Assembly: GCA_963843495.1 (NCBI GenBank)
Contig: CAWJJX010000003.1
Location: forward strand, 430,665-494,664
From: an uncultured Solirubrobacterales bacterium
Lineage (GTDB): Bacteria > Actinomycetota > Thermoleophilia > Solirubrobacterales > 70-9
DNA length: 64,000 nucleotides
Direction: 5' to 3'
Part shown: in pieces, positions 12,082 through 22,111 of the stretch
How the letters are laid out: every line of letters starts with the position of its first letter
Position numbering within the stretch: the first letter of the stretch is position 1
Notes under the pieces: generated by a model
Told to the model about the DNA's origin: nothing
What the model saw: only the letters and a program-made list of their open reading frames with translations
The model's database searches: none
Position numbers and translations under genes: made by a program

Positions 12082-13787
12082 CCGAGTCCAAACCCGACCT
12101 CTCACCGCTACTCCCCGACGAAGCCACGCTGAAGGCGCGGCGGGCAGCGCTCGTCGACGCGGTTAGCCCGGGTGGGCAGGGCCCGCAGCCCGCGACCGGC
12201 TGGCGTCGGCGCGGCCTGCGCTTGGCGCTGTGCGGCGCTACGGCCCTCGTCGCCATCGCGGTCGCACTGATCGTCAGCGCCGGCGGCGACAACACTCCAG
12301 CGGCCTTCGCCGTCGAACCGCAGGAGGGCGGCGGCGTGACGATCAAGGTCTACAGCCTCGAAGACGCCTCCGGCCTGGAGAAGGCCTTGGAGGACACCGG
12401 GATTCAGGCGCAGGTGACCTGGTTGCCGGCCGGGAAGGTCTGTCGCGAACCGCACTTCACGCCGTCGAGGGTGAAACTGCCCGGAGGCGGCACCATGGGC
12501 GGCCTCACGATGGGTGGGCCCGGTGCCATGACTATCACCGTCGGCAGCACCCAGACGTGGCGCAAACGCTTCGGTGAACTCATGCGTGGTGAAATCTCCA
12601 ATGAGGCATACCGCAGCTCGACCGGGAACATCAATCTCGATCCCAAAGCGCTTCGCCCCGATCAGAGCGTGGTGCTCTCCGGAGCTCCCGTTCCGCACGA
12701 TGGCGACCCCGAAGGGGGGAGCATCGCAAAGCTGGGAATCGCAGAGGGCCCGGTTGAACCCTGCGAGCCGGTCCCGGCGCCGCCCAGCGGCAGCGGCTCT
12801 TTTGGGCTAAGCGCCGGGGGCGGGCCCAGCTACACCCCGATCGGCGACGAAGCCCTGCGCCCCACCGCTATCGCCGAGGCCCTGCGCCAAACCGCTATCG
12901 CCGCCGAAGCGTCCGACACCCCAGTCGAAGCGCCGCCCGGTCCCGGCAGCCGATTCCTCTACTCCAAGACGAAGGTGGTCCAACTGCAGGGCTGGCTTCC
13001 GGAAGATTCCGAGACGAGGCCGACGGGTTCCAAAAAGAACCCCAGGTACTTCACGGCAAACCTGACGGGCTCGCCGGATGTCCGCAATGCCCTTGTGCCG
13101 ACACTGAAGGAAGTCTGGACGGCTCCCGACGGGACGACACGCGAGCGAGAAACCCTCGGCCGGGTCGCCTTCTTCTCCGGCGCCGACCAAAGGCTTTGGG
13201 AAGAGGCGGGCTCACCACCCCCCTTCGCATACGACTCAGACGAACACGAGGTAAGCCGCGACAGCTCCGGGCGCCTGGTAAAGGACTACGCGTCCAAATC
13301 TTTCCGGGGCCGCCGTGAATTCTCCTATCTCTCCCGAGTCTCCCGGCTTCCGACCGAGCCCGAAGCTCTGCGCCTGGTCATCGAAAACCGCCGCGGCGAG
13401 AGCTCGCCAGTTGATCCGTCACCGGCCGACTCGCTAAGAGGCGGCGCGACGGTCGAAAGGCTCTTGGAAATCCTGAGCGAACCGATCACGAGCCCAGCGC
13501 TACGCGCGGCTGCCTTCAATGCCCTAGCTGAAATTCCCAGCATCGGGCTCGAGCGCAATGTGGCCGATGTCGCTGGACGCCGGGGCGATGCGATCAGCTG
13601 GATCAGGGAACGCGGATTCGGCCGCAGGTTCATCTTCGATCCCCACACGTCCAAGATCCTCGCGGAGGCCGAAATGATCTTCGAGGCGAAGCCCGCGGAG
13701 TACCCCGAGGTCCCCGATGGCACCGTGTTCCGCGAGACCGCCTATCTGCAATCAGGGATCGTCGACTCCACGCATGAACGTAGGTAA
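12078..13787 (+). CDS. membrane-anchored protein downstream of ECF sigma (putative anti-sigma / sigma-associated protein)
   Basis: The GTG start overlaps the sigma stop (GTGA). One TM helix (LALCGATALVAIAVALIVSA) follows a short cytoplasmic N-terminus, with a large extracytoplasmic domain. The anti-sigma role is inferred from position only. Confidence 0.55.
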   Translation: MTESKPDLSPLLPDEATLKARRAALVDAVSPGGQGPQPATGWRRRGLRLALCGATALVAIAVALIVSAGGDNTPAAFAVEPQEGGGVTIKVYSLEDASGLEKALEDTGIQAQVTWLPAGKVCREPHFTPSRVKLPGGGTMGGLTMGGPGAMTITVGSTQTWRKRFGELMRGEISNEAYRSSTGNINLDPKALRPDQSVVLSGAPVPHDGDPEGGSIAKLGIAEGPVEPCEPVPAPPSGSGSFGLSAGGGPSYTPIGDEALRPTAIAEALRQTAIAAEASDTPVEAPPGPGSRFLYSKTKVVQLQGWLPEDSETRPTGSKKNPRYFTANLTGSPDVRNALVPTLKEVWTAPDGTTRERETLGRVAFFSGADQRLWEEAGSPPPFAYDSDEHEVSRDSSGRLVKDYASKSFRGRREFSYLSRVSRLPTEPEALRLVIENRRGESSPVDPSPADSLRGGATVERLLEILSEPITSPALRAAAFNALAEIPSIGLERNVADVAGRRGDAISWIRERGFGRRFIFDPHTSKILAEAEMIFEAKPAEYPEVPDGTVFRETAYLQSGIVDSTHERR

Positions 13788-13911
13788 CGGTGATCGCCTC
13801 GGACGGCAGACCCCGCGGTTTCCTCACCTGTTCTCCGGAGGGCTTCGTCTCCTGCCTTGCTTCACTGTATCCCTTGAATGCTACGCTGTAGCGGCACTGT
13901 GGGAGGGGGAT

Positions 13912-15581
13912 ATGAATCGACGGTCTGCAGTACTCGCGCTGGGCATCGGAATGCTCCTGCTCCCGGCAGGTGGCGCGTCGGCGGCGGGCTTGTCGCCGTC
14001 GGTCTCTCCCGACCGGGTGATCGTCGAGTGGGCCGCAGGTGCCAGCCCGGCGGAGCGCCGCTCGGCTCGAGCGGAAGCCGATGTCGAGTTTGCCCGCGAT
14101 CTCGGTAATCGCCGCTTCCAGCTGGTCGAGACGGAACCGGGGCAAACGCCACGGGAAGCGATCGACGAGCTGGCGACTGACCCGGCCGTGGTACACGCGG
14201 AACGCGATGGCTACCTTCGCCTGGACTCGATCCCCAACGATCCTCTTTTCGGCGAGCTCTGGGGGCTGCAGAACACCGGCCTGGGAATCGCCGGCTTCCC
14301 AGGCGCCGTGACGGGCGCCGACATCGACGTGATCAGCGCCTGGGATTGGACCGTCGGGACGCCGGACACAACGAACTGAGCGCAGGCGGTGAAGTGTCCA
14401 TCCACGTCGAATACAACGCCATCAACGTTCTCAATCCCGCTGCAGGTGTTTGGTTCGACGACATCGATCTGTTCTGCATTGCGGAGGTGGGGGATCCAGG
14501 TGGATACGTCTTCATGCAAGGCACCTCGATGGCGGCCCCGCATGTGACCGGCGCCGCCGCCCTGCTCTTCTCTTCAAGCCAAGCGCGAGCGTGACCGAAG
14601 TACGGCAGGGGCTGCTCGGGAGCGTAGACCCTGTCTCCTCGCTGGCTGGGAAAACGACCTCTGGCGGTCGCCTCGACGTCGACGCGGCGCTCGACCTCTT
14701 CGACACGATTCCCCCGGCGACCCCGACCCTGAGCGCGACCAACCCAGCCTCGCCTTCGAAAACAACCAGCCACGGCTGATCGGCTCAGCCCAACGCGGGG
14801 TCAGCATCAGCGTGTACGCCAGCGCGGACTGCTCTGGCTCTCCTGTCGCCACCGGCACCGCTGCTAAGTTCGCCGGGCCGGGCATCGCCGTCACGGTCGG
14901 GGGACGCAACCACCACCGAGCTCTCTGTGGCCGCCACCGACCTCGCGCCGCACACCTCGCCTTGCTCGGCGCCGATTACGTACACGGAGGACAGCGATAT
15001 CGTGCCACCGGCCCCCCGCAGCTGACCGGCACCGAGCCCGCCTCGCCAGGATTGAGCGGCGCTCGGATCCTCGGCACCGCCGAGGCGGGGTCGACGGTGA
15101 GGGTCTATGCCGGCTCGGGGTGCGCCGGCTCGCCCGTCGCCACCGGCAGCGCGGCCGAGCTCGCCTCACCCGGCATCCCGGTTCACGTCGCCGAGGGCCT
15201 CACCGCGGTCTTTTCAGCGACCGCCACCGACGCGAGCGCCAACACATCGGACTGCTCGGCGCCGATCTCCTACACACGCTTGAAAACGCCGACGGACCCA
15301 GGCAGAGGGGGTACAAATCAGGGCGGGGGTGGTGGCTCGCCTCCGCCGCCCGCCCCAGCGTGTCGTTCCGAAGCTGACCGGGCAAACGCTGGCGCACGCG
15401 AAGGCGGCGCTGCAGGCAGCAGGCTGCAAACTCGGCCACGTGTGGAAGCCCAAGCCCGGTAAAAGCAAGCGGGCAACCGCGCTTCGTCGTCAAATCCTCG
15501 ACCCCCGGCGTGGGCGCCAGCCCCGCTGACGGCAAAGTCGACCTCATACTCAGGAAGAAGCCGAGAAAAGCTCGTCGCTGA
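13912..15581 (+). pseudogene. decayed subtilisin-like S8 peptidase gene (I9 propeptide, Ser motif, Ig-like repeats, PASTA-like C-terminus) with missing catalytic core and multiple frame breaks
   Basis: Signal peptide plus propeptide up to ..DVISAWDWTVGTPDTT, then a stop at 14377. GTSMAAPHVTGAAALL lies only about 45 codons later, so there is no D-T-G or His block. Further frame changes occur near 14570, 14775, 14897 (G5 run), 15010 (C-run), 15360 and 15490. Confidence 0.7.
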
Positions 15582-15606
15582 CGGTCAAGCGGCATAGGAT
15601 TGCGTC

Positions 15607-16008
15607 GTGCCGTTCACTCTCAGGAATCTCAAGAGGGACTTGGAGGACCTCGGGTCCAACTTCGACGGCGCGCCGGACCTCGAGTTCCGCCTCGCAACCA
15701 AGGCACTCGATCTCGAGCAGTCCGGACTTTGCTATCAGCGCGTCCCGCCCAGCTATCGCTTTCCGCACGGTCACACGCACAAGAAGCAGGAGGAGGTGTA
15801 CGTGGTCCTGCGCGGGAGCGGACGGATGAAGCTCGACGACGAGATCGTCGAGCTCGAGGAATGGGACGCGGTGCGCGTCCCGCCCGGTACGTGGCGAGGC
15901 TACGAGGCCGGGCCGCAGGGTCTCGAGATCCTCGTCATCGGCGCGCCCAATCTCGGCGAGGATCCACGCGAAGACGTCGATGGCCAGCGCGACTGGTGGG
16001 CGGACTAG
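15607..16008 (+). CDS. cupin domain protein
   Basis: 133-aa ORF with a GTG start. Cupin motifs FPHGHTHKKQEEVYVVLRGSG and WDAVRVPPGT. Confidence 0.8.
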   Translation: MPFTLRNLKRDLEDLGSNFDGAPDLEFRLATKALDLEQSGLCYQRVPPSYRFPHGHTHKKQEEVYVVLRGSGRMKLDDEIVELEEWDAVRVPPGTWRGYEAGPQGLEILVIGAPNLGEDPREDVDGQRDWWAD

Positions 16009-16029
16009 CGCCAGGTGCCTGACAAGGCA

Positions 16030-16045
16030 ACCTTCGGGTTATGAG
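16030..16045. repeat. 16-bp exact copy of the tRNA-fMet anticodon-arm segment (ACCTTCGGGTTATGAG), possible old att core
   Basis: Identical to 28874-28889 and 22190-22205. The flanks are not tRNA-like. Confidence 0.45.
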
Positions 16046-16127
16046 TTCCATTGTGCATCTGCCATAACCGCTCCCCCCTAGCTACGCCAGCTGGCATGCC
16101 TGCCTGCAGACCCTATGCTGCCGGCAA

Positions 16128-16568
16128 ATGACGATTCAGCGGATGGACAACGTTCTCATCGTCGTCGACGACCTCGAGGCTGCCAAAGCGTTCTTTGTCG
16201 AGCTCGGTATGGAGCTGGAGGGCGAGACGCAAGTGGAGGGGGCCTGGGTGGGCCGCGTCATCGGGCTCAACGACGTCCGAGCCGACATCGCCATGATGCG
16301 GACTCCGGACGGCCACGGCCGGGTGGAGCTGACGAAGTTCCACACGCCGCCAGCGGTTAGAGCCGAGCCCGAAAATGCGCCGGCGAACGCGCTGGGCATA
16401 CGCCGCATCATGTTCGCCGTCGACGACATTGACGATGTCGTTGCCCGCCTGCGCAACCACAGTGCCGAACTCGTTGACGAGATAGCGCAATACGAGGACA
16501 TCTACCGGCTCTGCTTCCTGCGCGGCCCTGAGGGCATCATCATCGGACTGGCCGAGCAGCTCAGCTGA
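16128..16568 (+). CDS. VOC (glyoxalase/bleomycin-resistance/dioxygenase) family protein
   Basis: 146-aa ORF MTIQRMDNVLIVVDDLEAAKAFFVELGMELEG.. showing the typical VOC pattern. Confidence 0.8.
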   Translation: MTIQRMDNVLIVVDDLEAAKAFFVELGMELEGETQVEGAWVGRVIGLNDVRADIAMMRTPDGHGRVELTKFHTPPAVRAEPENAPANALGIRRIMFAVDDIDDVVARLRNHSAELVDEIAQYEDIYRLCFLRGPEGIIIGLAEQLS

Positions 16569-16576
16569 AACTCCAG

Positions 16577-16595
16577 GTTGCCCCATCTGTTGCCT
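16577..16595. repeat. GGTTGCCCCA-tc-TGTTGCC tandem decamer motif
   Basis: Same arrangement and spacing as TGTTGCCCCA-tt-TGTTGCCCCA at 22301-22322. Confidence 0.5.
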
Positions 16596-16651
16596 AGCCG
16601 GCCGCGCTCGCACCCCAACGCGACCGGCACGTGCTGCGGCTAGTTAACCCT

Positions 16652-17182
16652 CTAGTTGCGCCGGCGGTAGTGCAAGTACACGGTCGCTCCGAACGTGCGG
16701 GTCTCGACCAACTCGAGGTCGATGTGCACGTCCGGCGGAAAGTACGGCGTACCCCCACCCACCACGATCGGGATGACGAACAGCTCGAACTCGTCGATCA
16801 GCCCGCGCCGCATGCATTCCGCCGCAAGGCCAGCGCCGCCGACCGCGATCCTCCGGTCGCCGAGCGCGGCGATCTCTTCCTCGAGTGTTTCGGTGGCCAG
16901 GCGGTTGCTGCCCTCGACGCTCGTCAGCGTGGTCGAGAACACGACCTTCTCGAGCGGGCGCCAGATCTCGGCAAACTCCGCCATCGCGGGGTCGGAGAAC
17001 TCCTCGGTGTCCCACACGAGCATCGTCTCGTAGAGGCGCCGGCCGAGCAGTTGGGCGTCGGTCGCGGCGGCCCGTTGGTTGTGGAACCGGTGCAGCTCCT
17101 GGCTGGGCACCGCCCAGTCGAAGCTTCCGTCGGGTCCGGCGATGTAGCCGTCAGCCGACAGGCTCATGGAATAGGAGATCAC
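16652..17182 (-). CDS. dihydrofolate reductase family protein (RibD C-terminal domain)
   Basis: ..ISYSMSLSADGYIAGPDGSFDW.. and LIDEFELFVIPIVVGGG. Start placed at GTG 17182; ATG 17167 is the alternative. The long N-terminal extension of the ORF looks non-coding. Confidence 0.7.
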   Translation of the reverse strand: MISYSMSLSADGYIAGPDGSFDWAVPSQELHRFHNQRAAATDAQLLGRRLYETMLVWDTEEFSDPAMAEFAEIWRPLEKVVFSTTLTSVEGSNRLATETLEEEIAALGDRRIAVGGAGLAAECMRRGLIDEFELFVIPIVVGGGTPYFPPDVHIDLELVETRTFGATVYLHYRRRN

Positions 17183-17264
17183 GAGGACGCAGTAAACCGC
17201 GTCGAGCTGACGGCCTTCTCGGCGACCCCGCCGCAGTTGACCTGGGTGGGCAGTTCTGCGCCGG

Positions 17265-17285
17265 CTTAGTACCCACTTAGTACCC
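17265..17285. repeat. tandem direct repeat CTTAGTACCC-a-CTTAGTACCC
   Basis: Two exact 10-mers with an 11-bp period, about 85 bp upstream of the DHFR-like start and about 60 bp from the degenerate tRNA remnant. Confidence 0.5.
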
Positions 17286-17345
17286 GCCAGGGATTTGTCG
17301 CGAGCGCCTAGACACGAAAAGGCTCCATTTCCGGGGCCTTCTCCT

Positions 17346-17381
17346 ATAGCGGGGGAGCGATTCGGTCCCAATAGTGACCTT
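17346..17381 (-). repeat. degenerate copy of the tRNA-fMet 3' half (acceptor/T-arm), candidate decayed att site
   Basis: ATAGCGGGGGagcGATTCGgtCCC[aata]GtGACCTTC compared with tRNA ATAGCGGGGGcgaGATTCGaaCCCGcGACCTTC: the first 10 nt are exact, 20/24 then 8/9 after a 4-nt indel. Confidence 0.55.
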
Positions 17382-17465
17382 CTCATTCCAATCGAATGGG
17401 CTTCAGACCTCCGCCGCTAGAAGGACTCAACCTGCGCCGCTCGCCCTCATGGAGCAGATTCGCTC

Positions 17466-18551
17466 TCAGCGAGAGAGCATCGGCTCGCCCTTGACAGCGG
17501 ATCTTCGCGCTATCTCAGGGACCGAGGTTGCCACCGAGGCTCGGATCGCTTCGCGTGGCCACGTCGCCGCAACCGGATCGTCTTCGAGGTCGGCGAACGG
17601 GACCGGCCGCGGCAGCGCCCGTAGACGGGCGATCCGCTCGCCCACCGGGGGGTGGTGCGTAAGTGCATCCATCAACCGCGACGGACCATCGTCCGCCGGG
17701 CACACCGAGCGTAGGTACCAGCAGGTCAGCTCGGCCTGGCCGAGCGAGGCGGCATAGGCGTCCGCCGTCAGCTCGCGCGCCAGTTTGTAGGCGGTCCAGC
17801 GACTGGACAACATCCGTTCTCCCATCCCGCCGCGCGCCAGGCGGATCGCCCAATGCCCAGGCAGACAGAGTAGACCGAGGAGTTTCCACGCCCCGGGCAT
17901 GTACTCAAGCTGGAGCCCGGGATAGGGATCAACCCCCTTTCCCAGTCGTTCGACCGCAACGCCGAGCCATGGGTCCGACGAGCGGAGGTGGGAGAGCTCA
18001 TGGCCGAGCAGCGCCGGAAGCGCCGGGGACTGCATCGCGGCCGTCGTGAGGAACAGCGTGTCGCGGCGCACCATCGCCCCAGCGACCGGAAACTCGACGA
18101 TCACGACCCGTTCGGGCATCGGGATGTTGACGTCGTATGTCCAGAGGTCGGCCATCGCGCCGAAGAGCTGCTTTCGCTCCTCCGTGTCGGGCCGGTGGAC
18201 GACGCCAGGGTCGAGGCGCTCGTCGCCGTGCCGGCCGACGCGGGCGAGCGCTGCCACCGACCAGACCGGCCGCCTCAACGCAACGGCCCAGGGCATCACC
18301 GCAACCCAACCCCCGAGCGGGACGACCAGATCGATCCAGACGATCGCCCCGCGAGTCATCAGCCAGCGCGCGGCGCCACCGAGGAACACCTCGACCGCGA
18401 GGAAGAAGAAGTAGAGAGCTAAGCCCTCACGCTCGCGACCGCGCGACCGGTGCACCTCCTCTCCGCCCCCGGTAAGCACGTAGAAGAAGTCCGCGACTCG
18501 CATCGGCACGCGGTCGAGCCAACCGAAGAACCCGCGAATCCTTGCTTCCAT
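17466..18551 (-). CDS. membrane-bound M48-like zinc metallopeptidase
   Basis: HExxH motif LLGHELSHL with N-terminal TM helices. Start placed at MEARIRGFF (ATG 18551); an alternative ATG is at 18596. Confidence 0.6.
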   Translation of the reverse strand: MEARIRGFFGWLDRVPMRVADFFYVLTGGGEEVHRSRGREREGLALYFFFLAVEVFLGGAARWLMTRGAIVWIDLVVPLGGWVAVMPWAVALRRPVWSVAALARVGRHGDERLDPGVVHRPDTEERKQLFGAMADLWTYDVNIPMPERVVIVEFPVAGAMVRRDTLFLTTAAMQSPALPALLGHELSHLRSSDPWLGVAVERLGKGVDPYPGLQLEYMPGAWKLLGLLCLPGHWAIRLARGGMGERMLSSRWTAYKLARELTADAYAASLGQAELTCWYLRSVCPADDGPSRLMDALTHHPPVGERIARLRALPRPVPFADLEDDPVAATWPREAIRASVATSVPEIARRSAVKGEPMLSR

Positions 18552-18709
18552 GCCGTGACTCCCGTCCCACGGTCCCGCCCGATCAGCGAGGAACATCTCC
18601 AGGGTACCCGCGCCGATCGAGCGGCCAAACCACCCCGCGCCAGCTCTCCCTGCAGAGGGCAGCGCTCGTCGTAGCCAAGCTGAAGGCCCAAGAATGCGTC
18701 GTTGTTCAC

Positions 18710-21045
18710 CTAAAGCCTGGCGCGAGCACGAAGACGTGCCTCGGTACGCGCCTCCAGGATCGCCCGCAGGTCTACGCCCTCGCGCTCCTTGTCTTCCAGA
18801 ACCACTACAAGCGCATACCGCTGCGGGGCAGTCTCCGGAGACCACCTAGCGGCTAGATGCTGAACCACCACGTGGTAGCCATGCGTGTCGACGGTGTCGA
18901 CTTGCTTTCGAACATGGGAGCGAACCTGGAGCGTGGCGTCCTGGCACTCCTGACTGCCTGGCTCTAGATCCGGACGCCTTCGACCCTTGGTGGGCAGATC
19001 TTTCCTGCCTTTGTCTTTCGGTGGCTGCTCTTTCCAGATCTCCTCTATTTCATCGGCGGACAGACCGCGTACAAGATCCATCTTCATATTCGCCGCCAAA
19101 TACTCACGACGCGTACGCCGAACCGGAGGATCAAATGCAAGCGCAACGGTGATGCGCCGCGTCCCACTGACCTCGACAAACTCTGGAGGAATCGGAACGG
19201 GGTGAATAACCGCCGTGTCGGGATCAATCTCGCCTTCAAATGTCATGGCGACACGGCTACGACCGCTATCGGTCGCCCGCTCATCGGAAAGAAGGCCATA
19301 GCCAGAAGCCCGCCGAAGCTCTTTGGGACCGAGGGCCTCTGGTCCAAGCACGGGCTGAGTGGCCGCACCGATGAGAGCTCGTACGAGGTTGGCACTGATC
19401 CCGGGGTAGCGCGCCAGAATCTGGGCCGCAACCCGCGTTACCCGGGGGCGGCAAAACTCGTGCCATTGGCAATCCCAAAGAGCCGACCATCACGGGCATT
19501 CAGAGAAACGACGCTAACCCCGTGATCACGCTGCTCAAGCATGTTCACGTCGTTTAGGACCCAATTCCCTCCGAAGTGAGTCACATCGGGCTTCACGCCG
19601 CCCGCAGCACCCGGGCCGGAGCGAGTGAATGGCGACGGCTCACTGGCTTTGGCAATTGCACGATCGCCGGGTCGCACCGTGCCATCGGCACGCTGCGGAG
19701 CTTCGTTGCGTGCAAGCGCTCCAACCGTAAGAACGTTGGCTCCAGCGCCGGGCTCTGCTACCCCAGCCGAATCGCCAAAAAGGTAGGTCGGGTAACCGCT
19801 GAGCGCATCCTCCCCATCTCGAAGATCCTCGATTCGGTGATTACCAGCCGCCACAACAATGACTGCGTCTAGCTCCCGAGCAAGTTCGTCCATGCGCTCG
19901 CTCCAGATGCTCAGATGCGGTCCCGAGAACGCAAACCGATCGGCTATCGAGATGTTGAAAACACGAACGCCGTATCGATCATGAAGGGTTCTAATCGCCT
20001 CCTCAATGACCACAAATGCAGGGCGCTTCGTGGGGAAGATCGCATCGCCTGGCTGATCTGGATCAGCCTCGAGCACGCGAACGGAATGCACTGGCCCGAT
20101 GGCCACCCAAGAGCCTTCACCGGCGAGGGCGGCTTCGATATCCCCCAAAACAAGCAATCCAGCTACGAGGGTTCCGTGATCAGTCGGCGGCTGCCAATCA
20201 TGGTCATCGGGGAGCGACATACGCGAAGCAATCGATTCGTCAAGCAGGGGATGCTCCATCACTTCGTCATCGATCAGGCCGATCGGTGCCACCTCTCGGC
20301 GCTCAAGGTCGGGTAGATCCTCCGCCGCCGCTAATCGCCAAGTGGTCGGCTCAAGCCGTGGAACGGGCGACGTGCGGATCAACTCAACTACCGCAAGATT
20401 GAGCAATTCGCCAATGCACTCGTTGCTCGCATGCACGCGAACGACAGTGAACCGAGGGCTTTCATCCGCAGACAGGACCTCTGCCTCGTGACGATCAAGG
20501 ACTTGACGAACCGAGGTAACCCGACTTCGAGCGTCCTGCCCGTTAGCTGACGGCCAGATAATGATGTCGACAGTCAACTCATCTTTTGCAGCTAGCTCCT
20601 CCTCTGAAACACCCGGTCCTTGGCGGTCCTCACGCGAGTAGGGAAGGATCTCGATAATTCCCTCAAAGAAAGTAAGGCCGGGAGCCCCCTTCCGAATCTC
20701 ACCTGCCGCCGTGTAGGCATCAAGTTTCTCCTTGAAGGCACCGGGCCCCTCATCCGCCAGCACGAAATAGGTCCAGCTCTTAGTGTTTCCTAGCCACTCA
20801 AATCCGCTCTCTTGCAGCTTGTCCTCATCGACCCCTCCCGAGTACATGCGGATCTTGAATACGAGAGCAGGATCTACCCCCTCCTGAGTCCTGATAGGCG
20901 GTTGAGCTTCTACAGCTTGGGCCAGGTCCTGCTGAAGCTTGTTCCCGTGCGCACCGGGCTGCTGTTTGTGATCCGAACCTCCCCCTCCAGGAATACGGCG
21001 ACTTTTGATGGGTCGAGGCCGCGGAAGCGGCAAATGATCTGCCAC
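18710..21045 (-). pseudogene. IetS-like S8 (subtilase) serine peptidase, about 778 aa, interrupted by a 1-nt frameshift in a C/G run at 19444-19448
   Basis: Asp (APIGLIDDEV), His (TDHGTLVAG), Asn (VVAAGNH) and Ser (NGTSFAAP) motifs. The frame stops right after GTSFAAPG. The +1 frame continues as RVTRVAAQILARYPGISANLVRALIGAATQP.. into ORF 18710-19351. Adding one C to the C5 run restores ..FAAPRVTRV... Confidence 0.8.
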
Positions 21046-21049
21046 GTGC

Positions 21050-22111
21050 CTACCAGGGCCGAGCTAGCGCATCCTCGATGGCACGCTCAAAGTCGTTTTC
21101 CGAGACGGCTTTGCGGCCAGCAAGAATGGCGTAGCGCATCGCGTCCCACGCCACCTTCTCTGCGGCGGCATGTGGCTTGCCTTTGAGCTTGCTAGCACCA
21201 GCTTCCACATCGACGTGTTGCTTCTTTACCGCACGAAGCCCGCGCCGCAGCAAGAGGCGATTCTGATGCACCGTCGGTCGCCCAAACTCCAAAACCTCAT
21301 CAAATCTCCTCCAAAGAGCCGAATCGAGAAGCTGCTCATGATTCGTAGCGGCAAGGAGAAGGCTTGAGCCTCGAAAAGCGTCAAGCATCTGGAGAAAAGC
21401 CGTGACGACCCGCTTGACCTCGCCATGCTCACCAGGGTCATCACGAGCCTTTCCGAGCGCATCAAACTCATCGAAGAGCAGGACCCAAGATCCGTTCTTT
21501 ACGAAGTCGAAGACACGATGCAGATTGGAGGCGGTCTCTCCCAAATAGCTCGAAACCACCGCATCGATGCGCACAATGACCAGTGGGAGGCCGATTTCAG
21601 TTGCAAGTGCCTCCGCGGCACTGGTCTTGCCGCAACCAGGAGGCCCGTGAAGAAGTATTCGTTGGCGCCGAGGGACGCCTCGACGATCCAGCTCCTCCCA
21701 CCGCCCGTATTCATCCGTCAGAGTTTTCAACCGACCAAGTAGATCGCCATTAAGAACGAGATCATCGAGAGCGCGCTGCGGGTGTCGGACCTCTGCTAGC
21801 GGCCACTCCCCCTCCCGATCTTTGGGTGGAGATGGCAACTCAACATCCGGAGCGACGGCCGTCGTATGTCCGCCGCCGACTAGAAGACCTCGGAGATCAC
21901 GGGCTAGGGCGGTGTGTTGCTTCGCCTCCTCCTCCTCAATGATCTCCTGCGCAGCCCTACGGAAGGCGAGCTCATCGCCCTCTTTGTAGGCACGAAACAT
22001 AGCCTTTAGCTCACGACCCGCCACATGTTCAGCGTAACGCGGTCTGCGGTCAAGAGGCTCGTTGCTGAATCGACTGCAGCGAAGGCCATCTGCGCCTGAA
22101 GGTGCTCTCAT
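21050..22111 (-). CDS. IetA-like AAA+ ATPase
   Basis: Walker A LLHGPPGCGKTS, Walker B VLLFDEFDAL and sensor region LLLAATNH. The stop lies 4 nt before the S8 peptidase start. Confidence 0.8.
   Translation of the reverse strand: MRAPSGADGLRCSRFSNEPLDRRPRYAEHVAGRELKAMFRAYKEGDELAFRRAAQEIIEEEEAKQHTALARDLRGLLVGGGHTTAVAPDVELPSPPKDREGEWPLAEVRHPQRALDDLVLNGDLLGRLKTLTDEYGRWEELDRRGVPRRQRILLHGPPGCGKTSAAEALATEIGLPLVIVRIDAVVSSYLGETASNLHRVFDFVKNGSWVLLFDEFDALGKARDDPGEHGEVKRVVTAFLQMLDAFRGSSLLLAATNHEQLLDSALWRRFDEVLEFGRPTVHQNRLLLRRGLRAVKKQHVDVEAGASKLKGKPHAAAEKVAWDAMRYAILAGRKAVSENDFERAIEDALARPW

Noticed and set aside
8450-17182. The paired occurrence of VOC and RibD_C DHFR-like genes (8450/9714 and 16128/16652) considered as a segmental duplication.
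   Set aside because: The protein sequences of the two pairs are clearly divergent and their flanks are unrelated. These are abundant paralogous families in high-GC actinobacteria.
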